Shown: piece by piece, positions 26,496 to 36,127 of the stretch
Layout: each line of letters opens with the position of its first letter
Position numbering within the stretch: position 1 is the first letter of the stretch
Origin: Blastocatellia bacterium
GTDB lineage: Bacteria > Acidobacteriota > Blastocatellia > UBA7656
Assembly (NCBI GenBank): GCA_963765495.1
Contig: CAVXWP010000015.1
Span: 32,001-96,000 of the forward strand
Direction of reading: 5' to 3'
Length of the DNA: 64,000 nucleotides
The notes under the pieces: generated by a model
The model's database searches: none
What the model saw: the letters and a program-made list of their open reading frames with translations, nothing else
What the model was told of the DNA's origin: nothing
Position numbers and translations under genes: made by a program

Positions 26496-27368
26496 ATGGG
26501 CAAAGTATACGAAGCGTTGCAACGGGTAGACAATGCGAGCGACCCCGCCGGGAAGCTCCTGAAAGGCGCGCCCGCCCCGGATGAAGAAGAAGTCGAGCGG
26601 TCGCGCGACGGGTTCAATTTTCTGCGGTATTCGCTCGGCGCGCCTTCGATGTTTGAGTCGGAACGCCAGAGACGCGAAACCTCAGCCGTGCTCGCTCAAC
26701 GATCCGAAGCCCTGGCCGCCCGCGAGGTGACGCTCGATCCGGGCCGCGTAGACTCTCATCTGGTCTCTTTCTACAACATAGATCCGCAGGCCACAAATCA
26801 ATACAACAATCTGGCCCTCTCTCTGATCACAAAGGCAGCCGAGCGGCGGCTCAAGCGCGTGCTCATAGCTTCGCCAAACCCTTCCGATGGCCGCACGACG
26901 GTCACGCTCAATCTGGCCTGCGCGCTCGCTCGCGCCCGCCAAAGAGTCCTTGTGATTGATTGCGATCTGGCCGGGCCGTCTACCCTGCGGGCGCTCGGTA
27001 TCGACAGCGACACGGGTATTGCGGAAGTGGCTACGCTTGGCATTTCGCCAAGAGAGGTAACGATAAAGGTTCTGCCCTACGGGTTCAACCTCTTGCCTGC
27101 GTGCGGACCTGTGGAGATGTCGGCGGCTCTATTTACTGCGGCGGGCTTCAAGAGACTGCTGCAAATGTTTAGCGAGGATTATGATTTCATACTTTTCGAT
27201 TCGTCGCCTCTGCTCGTCTCCACGGATGCGAGCCTGCTTGCGCGACTGACGGACACGACTCTGCTGGTCATCCGCGCAGGCACGACCAGCACATCCCAGA
27301 TGGCCAGGGCCGTAGCGCCCTTTACTCAGGAGGATATCTTCGGCGCGGTGATCAATCGCGCCGTGTGA
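26496..27368 (+). CDS. CpsD/CapB-family BY-kinase-like protein
   Basis: MGKVYEAL start, Walker A-like SPNPSDGRTT, VLVIDCD, FILFDSSP. Confidence 0.85.
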   Translation: MGKVYEALQRVDNASDPAGKLLKGAPAPDEEEVERSRDGFNFLRYSLGAPSMFESERQRRETSAVLAQRSEALAAREVTLDPGRVDSHLVSFYNIDPQATNQYNNLALSLITKAAERRLKRVLIASPNPSDGRTTVTLNLACALARARQRVLVIDCDLAGPSTLRALGIDSDTGIAEVATLGISPREVTIKVLPYGFNLLPACGPVEMSAALFTAAGFKRLLQMFSEDYDFILFDSSPLLVSTDASLLARLTDTTLLVIRAGTTSTSQMARAVAPFTQEDIFGAVINRAV

Positions 27369-27443
27369 TGAAAAAGAGTGTGATGAAGAGACGGGCGCAG
27401 ATTCGCCGCCCCGGATCATTTCACTCAGGTTTCGGAAATACTG

Positions 27444-28484
27444 ATGAAGCAAGCAATGCTCAATATGTTAAAGGCGACGGGCGCATTCGCCCCCTTCCGC
27501 TTTGCCAATCGCAACAAAGCGCTTGTCGTCACATATCACCGCTTCACCCAGACAGAGGAACCTCTGTCCACCTCGGCCCGCGCTTTCAACGAGCAGGTAG
27601 CTTATCTGGCCGAGCATTACCGCATAGTGCCGCTTTCCGATCTGGCCAAATATCTTTCGAGCGGGCGGCGTCTTCCGCCCGGCGTTGCCGCAATCACTAT
27701 TGATGACGGCTATAGCGACGCCTACGAAATCGCATATCCTATCCTGCGCCGCTACGATGTTCCGGCGGCAATCTTCGTAGTGACGGGGTTTGTGGATCGA
27801 ACAAACTGGCTGTGGACCGACAAACTCCGCTACCTCGCGCTGAATGCCAAGGGGGGAGTTGTCGAGGCCACGGTAAATCATTTCGGGCTGCCAGTCGCGC
27901 TCGGCGACAGCGCCTCGCGCCTCGAAGTCGCCAACCACATAAATTCGGTCCTGAAGGCCATTCCCAATTCAGAGAAGGAAGAGGCTATAGGCAGGATCGC
28001 CGCTTCGCTAGGCGTTCAACTGCCTTCCGCGCCGCCTTCGGAATTTTCCGCGCTCACCTGGGATCAGGTGCGCGAGATGGACACCGCAGGGATAGAGATA
28101 GGCTCGCATACGGTCACGCATCCGATCTTGACCAACATCACGCCCGAGCGATTGAGGCTTGAGCTTTGCCAGTCGCGTCTCAGACTCGAAGAGATGCTCT
28201 GCCGCAAGGTGGAACTCTTCTGCTATCCAAACGGCGATTACGATCTGTCGGTGCAGAGCGAGGTCGAGCGCGCCGGATATAAATGCGCGGCCACATCGCG
28301 CCCGGGTTTCAACGATAGTTATACAAGCCCGCTGCTTCTCAAACGCATTCACACCGAGCCCGACATGGTCCATTTCGTTCAGAGCACCAGCGGGTTTGAA
28401 CAGGTAAAGAATAAATTGCGCGGCATCAGCGCAGTTGCCGGGGCCGCGACCGATTTCGAGTACATTTCAGATTTATGGCTATGA
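27444..28484 (+). CDS. Polysaccharide deacetylase (NodB/CE4)
   Basis: YHR, TIDDGY, IGSHTVTHPIL, FCYPNG. Confidence 0.92.
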   Translation: MKQAMLNMLKATGAFAPFRFANRNKALVVTYHRFTQTEEPLSTSARAFNEQVAYLAEHYRIVPLSDLAKYLSSGRRLPPGVAAITIDDGYSDAYEIAYPILRRYDVPAAIFVVTGFVDRTNWLWTDKLRYLALNAKGGVVEATVNHFGLPVALGDSASRLEVANHINSVLKAIPNSEKEEAIGRIAASLGVQLPSAPPSEFSALTWDQVREMDTAGIEIGSHTVTHPILTNITPERLRLELCQSRLRLEEMLCRKVELFCYPNGDYDLSVQSEVERAGYKCAATSRPGFNDSYTSPLLLKRIHTEPDMVHFVQSTSGFEQVKNKLRGISAVAGAATDFEYISDLWL

Positions 28485-30016
28485 AGGAAACAGATAATCA
28501 GGGGAATGGGCTGGCCCGCCGGGCGGCGCTTTTGGCCGTGGCAAATGTGGCGGCCTTTGCGCTCGCTTTCCTGTTACCGCTTGTCCTGGTCCGCACGCTC
28601 GATCAGACGGAGTTCGGGCTTTACAAGCAGGCGTTTCAGATCATAGTCACTGCGATCTCGCTGCTCGGATTGCACGTTGCCACAAGCGCCTATTACTTCA
28701 TGCCGCGCTATCCCGACCGCAAGCCGCAGGTGGCGATCAATATACTCATATTTCACTCTGCGGTCGGCGCGGCGGTGGCCCTGCTTTTTGCCCTCTATCC
28801 TGAGTGGGTGACGGCTATCTTCAAAAGCGATGACCTTGTGCCTTACATCCCTCTGATCGGGCTGGCCATATTTCTATGGCTCGTATCGTCGCTGCTTGAA
28901 GTAGTCGCGGTCGCCGACGGTCGCATACGAATGGCTTCCGTCCTGATCGTAGTCGTGCAACTCGTAAAGAGTCTGCTTTTGATCGGAGCGGGGCTGATCT
29001 TCGGCACGATTCACGCGATAGTGGTGGCAGCGGTCATTCAGGGAGCGGCGCAGTGCGTGATACTTTTTGCCTATCTTTACACGCGCTTCGGCAGGTTCTG
29101 GGCCTCGTTCGACAAACCGCTTTTGAAGGCTCAACTGGCAAACGCCCTGCCTTTCGGGTTTGGCGCTCTCGTCTTTGCGACTCAATCGGATTTGAATAAA
29201 TATTTCGTAGCCCATTACTTCGACCCGACAGGATTTGCGATCTATTCGGTCGGATGTTTTCAGATTCCTCTGCTGATGGTGCTCGTAGATTCGGTCTCAA
29301 GCGTGCTGATCCCGGAAGTTGCCCGGCTGGAACTCACGGGCGATTATAAAAGCATAATCATAGTCTGGACCGGAGTGATGCGAAGGCTCTCTCTGTTTTT
29401 CGCGCCGACCTGCGTCTTTCTTTACGTCTGCCGGTACGAGTTCATCACCACGCTGTTTACAACAAAATATATTGATGCCGTGCCCGTCTTTACCGTCAAT
29501 CTCATAGGCGTGATGCTGCTCGTAACGGTGACAGGCCCCGTGCTGCGGGCCTTTGATGAATTCAAATACTTTCGCCTGAAGCTCTATCTGATCCTTATCC
29601 CCGTGACTTCGGCGGCGCTCTATTTCGGAATAAAAGCAGCCGGGCTCTTTGGCGCGATAACGGCGGATGTGTCGGTCCAGTTGCTCGCCATAGCGATAAC
29701 CATGACGGTGATTGCCCGTAAACTCCGCATCACACTCGCCGATCTGCGCTATGTCGCGCCGATACTCAAGACGGCAATCTCCGCCACGGCAGCCGGATTT
29801 CTAGCCTTCACAATCAGGCTTGTGATGACGGAGGCGCACCCGATTGTTACGCTCGCCGTCTGCGCCTCGGCATTCGGATTGGTCTATCTGGCGCTGGCTT
29901 TTATCACCGGCACGGTGACGGATGGAGAGAAGGATGAACTTCGCCGCGCGCTTTTGAAATCTTATCGCCTCGGCGCTTCGTGGAGAAAATTATTGTCGGC
30001 GACCGAAGCCCGGTAA
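28481..30016 (+). CDS. wzx: Wzx-type oligosaccharide flippase
   Basis: Many TM helices, LVRTL...FGLY pattern; ATGA coupling with the upstream gene. Confidence 0.85.
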   Translation: MKETDNQGNGLARRAALLAVANVAAFALAFLLPLVLVRTLDQTEFGLYKQAFQIIVTAISLLGLHVATSAYYFMPRYPDRKPQVAINILIFHSAVGAAVALLFALYPEWVTAIFKSDDLVPYIPLIGLAIFLWLVSSLLEVVAVADGRIRMASVLIVVVQLVKSLLLIGAGLIFGTIHAIVVAAVIQGAAQCVILFAYLYTRFGRFWASFDKPLLKAQLANALPFGFGALVFATQSDLNKYFVAHYFDPTGFAIYSVGCFQIPLLMVLVDSVSSVLIPEVARLELTGDYKSIIIVWTGVMRRLSLFFAPTCVFLYVCRYEFITTLFTTKYIDAVPVFTVNLIGVMLLVTVTGPVLRAFDEFKYFRLKLYLILIPVTSAALYFGIKAAGLFGAITADVSVQLLAIAITMTVIARKLRITLADLRYVAPILKTAISATAAGFLAFTIRLVMTEAHPIVTLAVCASAFGLVYLALAFITGTVTDGEKDELRRALLKSYRLGASWRKLLSATEAR

Positions 30017-30024
30017 CTGGTTTT

Positions 30025-31521
30025 ATGAACGTAAAAGGCAAACAACCAAAGACGGGTCTGTTGATAAGGCGGGCCGCGCCGCGCCCGGAAGCCGCGCCTG
30101 AACCCGTTGAAGTCACGCACGACGAAACCGCGCGCGAAGGCAAGAAGTTCGACGGGCGCGGCTCGCACAGTCTTGCGTTTGCCGGGGTCTATCTGTTTAC
30201 GCTGCTGCTTTACATGCGCCCAAACGATCTGTTCCCGGGCATATTCGGCACGTTTTCAATCGCAAAGATCGTGGCCCTCGTGACGCTTGCCGTTTACGTG
30301 CTGTCGAAGTTCTCAAAGAACGAGCGGCTGACCGCTTTGCCTCTGGAACTGAAGATGCTCGGTTTGATGTTACTGCTCAGCATCATCTTCATGCCTCTGG
30401 CCGCGTCTCCGAAAGACAGCTGGAACATGCTTTCGGATACTTTTCTGAAAGTAGTGACCGTCTTTGTATTGATGATAAATCTGATCGACACGAGAAAGCG
30501 GCTGCGGCTGATCTGGAAACTGGTAGTCGTCTGCGGAGCGGTGCTTGCGATTGACGCGATAAGAAAATATGCCGAAGGGAAATTTTCGACCGCGCCCGAA
30601 GGCGGCGGCACGAGGATAGGCGGGCTGGTCAGCGGGATGTTCGGCAACCCGAATGATCTGGCGACCGCGCTCAACCTTTTGCTGCCGCTCGCGCTCATCT
30701 TGGCCTTCACGAGCAAAGGCTTTGCCCGCCTCTTCTATTTCGCCTGCGCGGGCGTGCTGACGCTCGGCGTCATAAGCACGTTTTCACGCGGAGGCTTTCT
30801 CGGCCTCATAGCGATGGGCGGTCTGCTTTTGTGGAAGGTCGGACGCCACAAGCGCGTGCTCACATTTGCCTCCGCTTTTCTGATGATAGTGGTCTTTATC
30901 TCGATAGTGCCGAGCGGATACGGCGACCGATTGTCAACGATATTCAACATCAAGCAGGACGAGACCGGCTCGGCGCAGGAGCGCAGCGAACTCCTCAACC
31001 GCGCCGCCTCTCTTGCGATGAGACATCCCGTCATCGGACTCGGGATGGGCAACTTTTATATCTACTCGATTCACGACAAGGCCGCGCATAACTCTTATCT
31101 GGAAGTAGCCGCCGAACTCGGTCTTGCGGGGCTTGTGGCTTATCTCGTGATCATCTTTGCGCCGTTTGGATCGCTCAAACGGATCGAGCGCGAGACCGCA
31201 TCCCGTGAAGACTCACGCGAGCTTTATTACATGAGCATAGGGATGCAGGCGGCGCTCGTGGCCTATATAGTCTGTAGCTTTTTCGCATCTATTGAATACC
31301 TCTGGTATCTCTATTATCTCGTGGCTTATGCGGTGGCGATTCGGGGGTTGAGAGAAGCCGCTCAACTGCAAGCGACGGGCCCAGTGAAGCTCGCTGCTAA
31401 CGGGTCGGTATGGAGCGCTCGATTGCAAAGGCCGCGATTCAAGTCCAAAGATCGCGCAACTGACGCGAACCTCTTTGGCCGCCCTCGGGCGCACAGTGCC
31501 GGTGTCAGAGGTCAGGATTAA
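30025..31521 (+). CDS. O-antigen ligase/Wzy-like polymerase
   Basis: GNPNDLA, TFSRGGFLG, HPVIGLGMGNF, AHNSYLEVAAELG. Confidence 0.88.
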   Translation: MNVKGKQPKTGLLIRRAAPRPEAAPEPVEVTHDETAREGKKFDGRGSHSLAFAGVYLFTLLLYMRPNDLFPGIFGTFSIAKIVALVTLAVYVLSKFSKNERLTALPLELKMLGLMLLLSIIFMPLAASPKDSWNMLSDTFLKVVTVFVLMINLIDTRKRLRLIWKLVVVCGAVLAIDAIRKYAEGKFSTAPEGGGTRIGGLVSGMFGNPNDLATALNLLLPLALILAFTSKGFARLFYFACAGVLTLGVISTFSRGGFLGLIAMGGLLLWKVGRHKRVLTFASAFLMIVVFISIVPSGYGDRLSTIFNIKQDETGSAQERSELLNRAASLAMRHPVIGLGMGNFYIYSIHDKAAHNSYLEVAAELGLAGLVAYLVIIFAPFGSLKRIERETASREDSRELYYMSIGMQAALVAYIVCSFFASIEYLWYLYYLVAYAVAIRGLREAAQLQATGPVKLAANGSVWSARLQRPRFKSKDRATDANLFGRPRAHSAGVRGQD

Positions 31522-31524
31522 GAT

Positions 31525-33492
31525 ATGTGTGGTATAGCGGGAATCTATGAGCCTGAAATGACGATGGGGCCGGTCGAGCGCGATGGTCTGATCAGGCAGA
31601 TGTGCCGGGTGATAGAGCATCGCGGGCCAAACGATGAAGGCTTCTATTTCGGCAACGGCGTGGCGCTCGGCATGCGCCGTCTTTCAATCATCGATCTGGT
31701 GACGGGTCATCAGCCTATCTCGAATGAAGACGGCTCGGTCTGGATTGTCTTTAACGGCGAGATATACAACTACGCCGAGATTCGCGAAATTCTCGTCGCG
31801 CGCGGCCATACATTTCAAACCGGCACCGACACGGAGGTGATCGTTCACCTCTACGAAGACGAAGGCGAGGCTTGCGTAGAGAGGCTGCGCGGGATGTTCG
31901 CCTTTGCCATCTGGGACAGCCGTGAAGGCAAGCTTTTCGTAGCGCGCGACCGCGTAGGCGTAAAGCCCTTGCACTATTGCATGGTGGGCAGCGCTTTTCT
32001 CTTCGCTTCGGAAATAAAATCCCTGCTTCAGCATCCGGCTGTGAAGCGGGAAGTCAATCTCGAAGCCATCTCCGACTTTCTTTCATTCGGCTATATCCCC
32101 GACCCGGCCTCGGCATTTCAGGGCGTTTCGAAACTGCTGCCCGGCCACACTCTGACGGTCAAAGGCACACGATTGACCACGCGCCGTTACTGGGATTTCG
32201 ATTACAGCAGCGAGCGAACCTGTGAGCCGGTTCGCGAAGAGAGTTATTACATCGAACGATTGCGCGAGATGCTGGCCGAATCTGTGAGCCTCCGCCTGAT
32301 AAGCGATGTGCCGCTCGGCGCGTTCCTTTCGGGCGGACTCGATTCAAGCACCGTGGTGGCGATGATGGCCCGACAGATGGGAAGACCCGTCAAGACATTC
32401 TCAATCGGCTTCACCGAATCTGATTTCGATGAGTTGCACTATGCCCGCATCACGGCCCGCCATTTCAACACCGATCATCACGAGTTCGTAGTCACCCCCG
32501 ACGTGTGCAAGATAGTCGAAGAGATAGTCTGGCACCACGACGAACCTTTTGCGGATGTGTCGAGCATACCGACTTACATAGTATCGAAGATGGCGCGCGA
32601 GCACGTCACGGTAGTGCTTTCGGGCGATGGTGGCGACGAACTTTTCGGAGGCTATGAGCGATATCTGATCGAGCGCAAGAGGGACATATTCGAGCGCATA
32701 CCGGCCTTTATTCGCCGCAACGCTATGCTCAGGGCGTCGCGCCTACTCCCGCACGGAGCCTACGGCAAGAACCTTTTGCGTAACCTGTCGCTAAACCGCT
32801 TCCCGCGCTATGTTGACAGCGTCTCTTATTTCAATCAGGACACGAAACGAGAACTGCTCTCCGATGAAGTGCTTCGCGCCATCGCAGGACACGATTCTTC
32901 GAGAGCCTTCGAAGAGATACTTGCCGCCCCCAATTCAAAAGAGAACCTCGACCACCTGCTCTATCTCGACAGCAAGACCTACCTGCCGGGCGACATATTG
33001 ACGAAGGTTGATCGAATGAGCATGGCGCATTCGATAGAGGCGCGCGAGCCGCTGCTCGATCACAAGCTGATCGAATTTGCCCAGAGCATACCCGCCTCGC
33101 TCAAGCTGCACGGATATGTGAGCAAGCACATTTTGAAACAGGCGGCCAGGGGAATCGTCCCCGACGAGATCATCAATCGGCCAAAGCAGGGGTTTGGCGT
33201 TCCTATCAATAAATGGTTCAACAACGAACTGCGCGACCTGCTGCACGACACGCTGACCGACAGCCGCACGCGCCAGCGCGGACTCCTGAATCAACAGATG
33301 GTTCTGGCCCTTCTGGATGAGCACCGTCGCGGCAGACGCGACAACTCGCGCCACCTGTGGGGGCTTTTGACTCTTGAGTTATGGCACCGCGCCTTTATTG
33401 ATCGCCAGCCCGAGCCGAGCTTTGCGGGCGCGAAGCGAGTCAACCTCGAACGGCTGCTGCTTGCTGCTACACCGGGAGGGGCGACTCCATGA
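31525..33492 (+). CDS. asnB: Asparagine synthase (glutamine-hydrolysing)-like amidotransferase
   Basis: MCGIAG, HRGP, RRLSIID, FNGEIYN, LSGGLDSS, SGDGGDELFGGY. Confidence 0.92.
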   Translation: MCGIAGIYEPEMTMGPVERDGLIRQMCRVIEHRGPNDEGFYFGNGVALGMRRLSIIDLVTGHQPISNEDGSVWIVFNGEIYNYAEIREILVARGHTFQTGTDTEVIVHLYEDEGEACVERLRGMFAFAIWDSREGKLFVARDRVGVKPLHYCMVGSAFLFASEIKSLLQHPAVKREVNLEAISDFLSFGYIPDPASAFQGVSKLLPGHTLTVKGTRLTTRRYWDFDYSSERTCEPVREESYYIERLREMLAESVSLRLISDVPLGAFLSGGLDSSTVVAMMARQMGRPVKTFSIGFTESDFDELHYARITARHFNTDHHEFVVTPDVCKIVEEIVWHHDEPFADVSSIPTYIVSKMAREHVTVVLSGDGGDELFGGYERYLIERKRDIFERIPAFIRRNAMLRASRLLPHGAYGKNLLRNLSLNRFPRYVDSVSYFNQDTKRELLSDEVLRAIAGHDSSRAFEEILAAPNSKENLDHLLYLDSKTYLPGDILTKVDRMSMAHSIEAREPLLDHKLIEFAQSIPASLKLHGYVSKHILKQAARGIVPDEIINRPKQGFGVPINKWFNNELRDLLHDTLTDSRTRQRGLLNQQMVLALLDEHRRGRRDNSRHLWGLLTLELWHRAFIDRQPEPSFAGAKRVNLERLLLAATPGGATP

Positions 33493-34802
33493 GCGTGCCG
33501 GATCGCATTGCGATTGAATGTAGGGGCGAGGCTTGTCCTCGCCCGGATCGCCCGAAGGGCGATGACTGCCATCGCGCTTACGCACGATTTGGGCAGGGAC
33601 AAGCCCGCGCCGCACGTAAGTGCATCATGCGCCAATCGCCCCTACATTTGCCCTATGCGCGAACGGCGACCGATGAGAAAACATCTCATCGCCCGCGAGT
33701 GCTGCATCTGATCTCAAGTTTTGAAATAGGCGGGACCGAGCGTCAGGCCGTAGCCCTTCTCAAGCGGCTCGACCCCGAACGCTTCGATGTGAGGCTTGCC
33801 GCGCTCCGCCTTGAAGGCCCGTTTTATCAGGAGATCAGCGAGCGTTTCCCCGATGTGCCCGAGTTTCCCCTGACGAGCTTTTATAACGCGAACGCCGGGA
33901 AACAACTGCTCAAATTAAGATCGCTTCTCACGCGTGAAAGAATAGACATCCTGCACGCGCACGATTTTTACAGCGGGTTTATAGGCTCGGTGGCCGCGCG
34001 ACTCGGCGGCACGCGAGTGATAGCCTGCCAGCGCCACCTGAGGCTTTCAGACCGCAAGGTTCACCAGCTTGGCACGCGGATGATTCACCGGCTGGCCCAT
34101 CGCATACTTGTAAACTCCGAAGCGATTCACCATCACATCCTGTCGCACGACAACGCGCACGCGGAAAAGATCGTCGTCATCAAAAACGGTGTGATACCGC
34201 AGTCTGCGACCATCTGCGACCGTAAAGAGGTGCGCCGGATGCTCGGTCTCGGGAGTGATGCGAAGTTGATCGGGATGGTAGCCCGATTGCAGCCGGTCAA
34301 GGGGCATCGCTTCTTTATCGAGGCTGCCCGGCGCGTGCTCGACGAGGAACCGGAAGCGCATTTCGTTCTGATAGGCGACGGCCCGCTCAAAGGCGAGATC
34401 GAGTCTCAGGCTTTACGGCTCGGCATTCGTGAGCGCCTGCATCTGCTCGGCGACCGCACGGACGCCGCCTGTCTTGCCTCTTCCTTCGATCTGGTTGTGC
34501 TTGCGTCTCTGCACGAAGGATTGCCGAACGCCGTTATGGAAGCGATGGCCGCCGGAGTCGCGGTAGTGGCTACTGCTGTGGGCGGGACTATGGAATTGAT
34601 CGCGGATAAAGAGACGGGCTATCTGACAGCGCCCGGTGATGCCGATGCGCTTGCGCGCCGCATGGCCTTTGCCTTGAAAGATGAGAATCGCGGGCGCATT
34701 GCCGAGCAAGGACGCGCTTTTGTGTTGGAGAGATTTGGCATCGAGCGAATGGTCGAATCAGTAGAACACCTGTACGACGAACTGATGGAGGGAAGGGGAT
34801 GA
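33489..34802 (+). CDS. Glycosyltransferase family 4
   Basis: GGTERQ, VARLQPVKGH, SLHEGLPNAVMEAM; start either 33489 (coupled) or 33627. Confidence 0.9.
   Translation: MSVPDRIAIECRGEACPRPDRPKGDDCHRAYARFGQGQARAARKCIMRQSPLHLPYARTATDEKTSHRPRVLHLISSFEIGGTERQAVALLKRLDPERFDVRLAALRLEGPFYQEISERFPDVPEFPLTSFYNANAGKQLLKLRSLLTRERIDILHAHDFYSGFIGSVAARLGGTRVIACQRHLRLSDRKVHQLGTRMIHRLAHRILVNSEAIHHHILSHDNAHAEKIVVIKNGVIPQSATICDRKEVRRMLGLGSDAKLIGMVARLQPVKGHRFFIEAARRVLDEEPEAHFVLIGDGPLKGEIESQALRLGIRERLHLLGDRTDAACLASSFDLVVLASLHEGLPNAVMEAMAAGVAVVATAVGGTMELIADKETGYLTAPGDADALARRMAFALKDENRGRIAEQGRAFVLERFGIERMVESVEHLYDELMEGRG
33520..33615. repeat. GTAG-type REP/REPIN-like palindromic doublet
   Basis: GTAGGGGCGAGGCTTGTCCTCGCCC ... 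GGGCAGGGACAAGCCCGCGCCGCAC. Confidence 0.65.
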
Positions 34803-35944
34803 AAACAACTAAACCGATAAGAGTCTGCATAGTGGTCGCATCGACTGACATACTGGGAGGTCAATCCATCCAGTCGCTCAGGTTGCTCGAAGGTCTTTCA
34901 CGTGAGCCCGGTCTTGAGGCCCGATTGCTCCCGATAAACCCACGGCTGCCCGGCCCGCTTCGCCTCTTGCAGCGCATCAAGTATGTGCGAACGGTTGTGA
35001 CTTCAATCGCCTACATTGCGTTACTGCTTGTACGACTGCCGCGCTTTGATGTAGTCCACATTTTTTCGGCATCTTACCTGTCGTTTCTGCTTGCGCCTGC
35101 TCCGGCGATACTCATAGCGAAACTCTACGGCAAGCCGATCCTGTTGAACTATCACAGCGGAGAAGCCGATGATCATCTGCGGCGATGGCCTCGCACTACG
35201 TTTCCGCTTATGGCGCTTGCAAATCGCGTAGTCGTGCCGTCGGAATATCTGGTTCAGGTGTTTGCGGGTTTCGGCATCCGGGCCGAAGCCATTTCGAATA
35301 CGGTTGATCTGGAGCGGTTCCGTTTTCGCGATCGCGAGCCGCTAAAACCCGTCCTGCTTTCGAATCGCAATTTCGAAAACAACTACAGCATAGAGTGTGC
35401 CCTGCGCGCGTTTGCGCTCATAGAGCGGAGCGTCCCCGAAGCAAGCCTCATTGTCGCGGGCGACGGCAGCCACCGCGAAAGGCTCTACAAACTGGCGAGC
35501 GAGCTTGAGATTAAAAACATCGAGTTCCTTGGCGCGGTTCCGCCCCGCGATATGCCCGCGCTCTATGACCGGGCAGACATTTTCATAAACTCTTCGGTAG
35601 TGGACAATCAGCCGCTTTCGATCATCGAGGCTTTTGCCGCCGGTTTGCCTGTAGTGACTACGAATGCGGGCGGCATTCCTTTCATGGTTAAAGACGGAGA
35701 GACGGGGATGATGACCGAGCGCGGCGATCACAAAGCCCTGGCCGCCTCAGTAATCAGATTGCTGGAAAACAGCGCGCTGGCCTCGTATGTGGCAAGCCGC
35801 GCAAGACAAGAGTGCCGCAAGTATAGCTGGTCTGCGGTGGCCGAAAAATGGATCAAGCTTTATCGGGACCTGGCGTTTGAAAAAACAAAAGCCGGGATCG
35901 AGCAGATAGAGAAAGAGAAGTCGCGCGCGGTATCAGGCGCGTGA
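34799..35944 (+). CDS. Glycosyltransferase family 4
   Basis: GGQSIQ, NYHSGEA, DNQPLSIIEAFAAGLPVV. Confidence 0.9.
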   Translation: MKTTKPIRVCIVVASTDILGGQSIQSLRLLEGLSREPGLEARLLPINPRLPGPLRLLQRIKYVRTVVTSIAYIALLLVRLPRFDVVHIFSASYLSFLLAPAPAILIAKLYGKPILLNYHSGEADDHLRRWPRTTFPLMALANRVVVPSEYLVQVFAGFGIRAEAISNTVDLERFRFRDREPLKPVLLSNRNFENNYSIECALRAFALIERSVPEASLIVAGDGSHRERLYKLASELEIKNIEFLGAVPPRDMPALYDRADIFINSSVVDNQPLSIIEAFAAGLPVVTTNAGGIPFMVKDGETGMMTERGDHKALAASVIRLLENSALASYVASRARQECRKYSWSAVAEKWIKLYRDLAFEKTKAGIEQIEKEKSRAVSGA

Positions 35945-35979
35945 TTGGTAGAAATGAATTTGAATGAAAAGCAGGTTGT

Positions 35980-36081
35980 AATAGACCACGGATGACGCGG
36001 ATGCGACGGATCTACGCGGATTAGGTCATAAAGAGTCAGATCCGCGAAAATCCGCCGCATCCGCGTCCGTCCCGGCCTGTT
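35980..36081. repeat. Inverted CGGAT-repeat element, family C
   Basis: AATAGACCACGGATGACGCGGATGCGACGGATCTACGCGGAT ... ATCCGCGAAAATCCGCCGCATCCGCGTCC; homologous to the 48697 copy. Confidence 0.75.
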
Positions 36082-36127
36082 TCTACTTATCCAATTTTGG
36101 ACGTGCTTTTAGATTTAAAGACGATAA

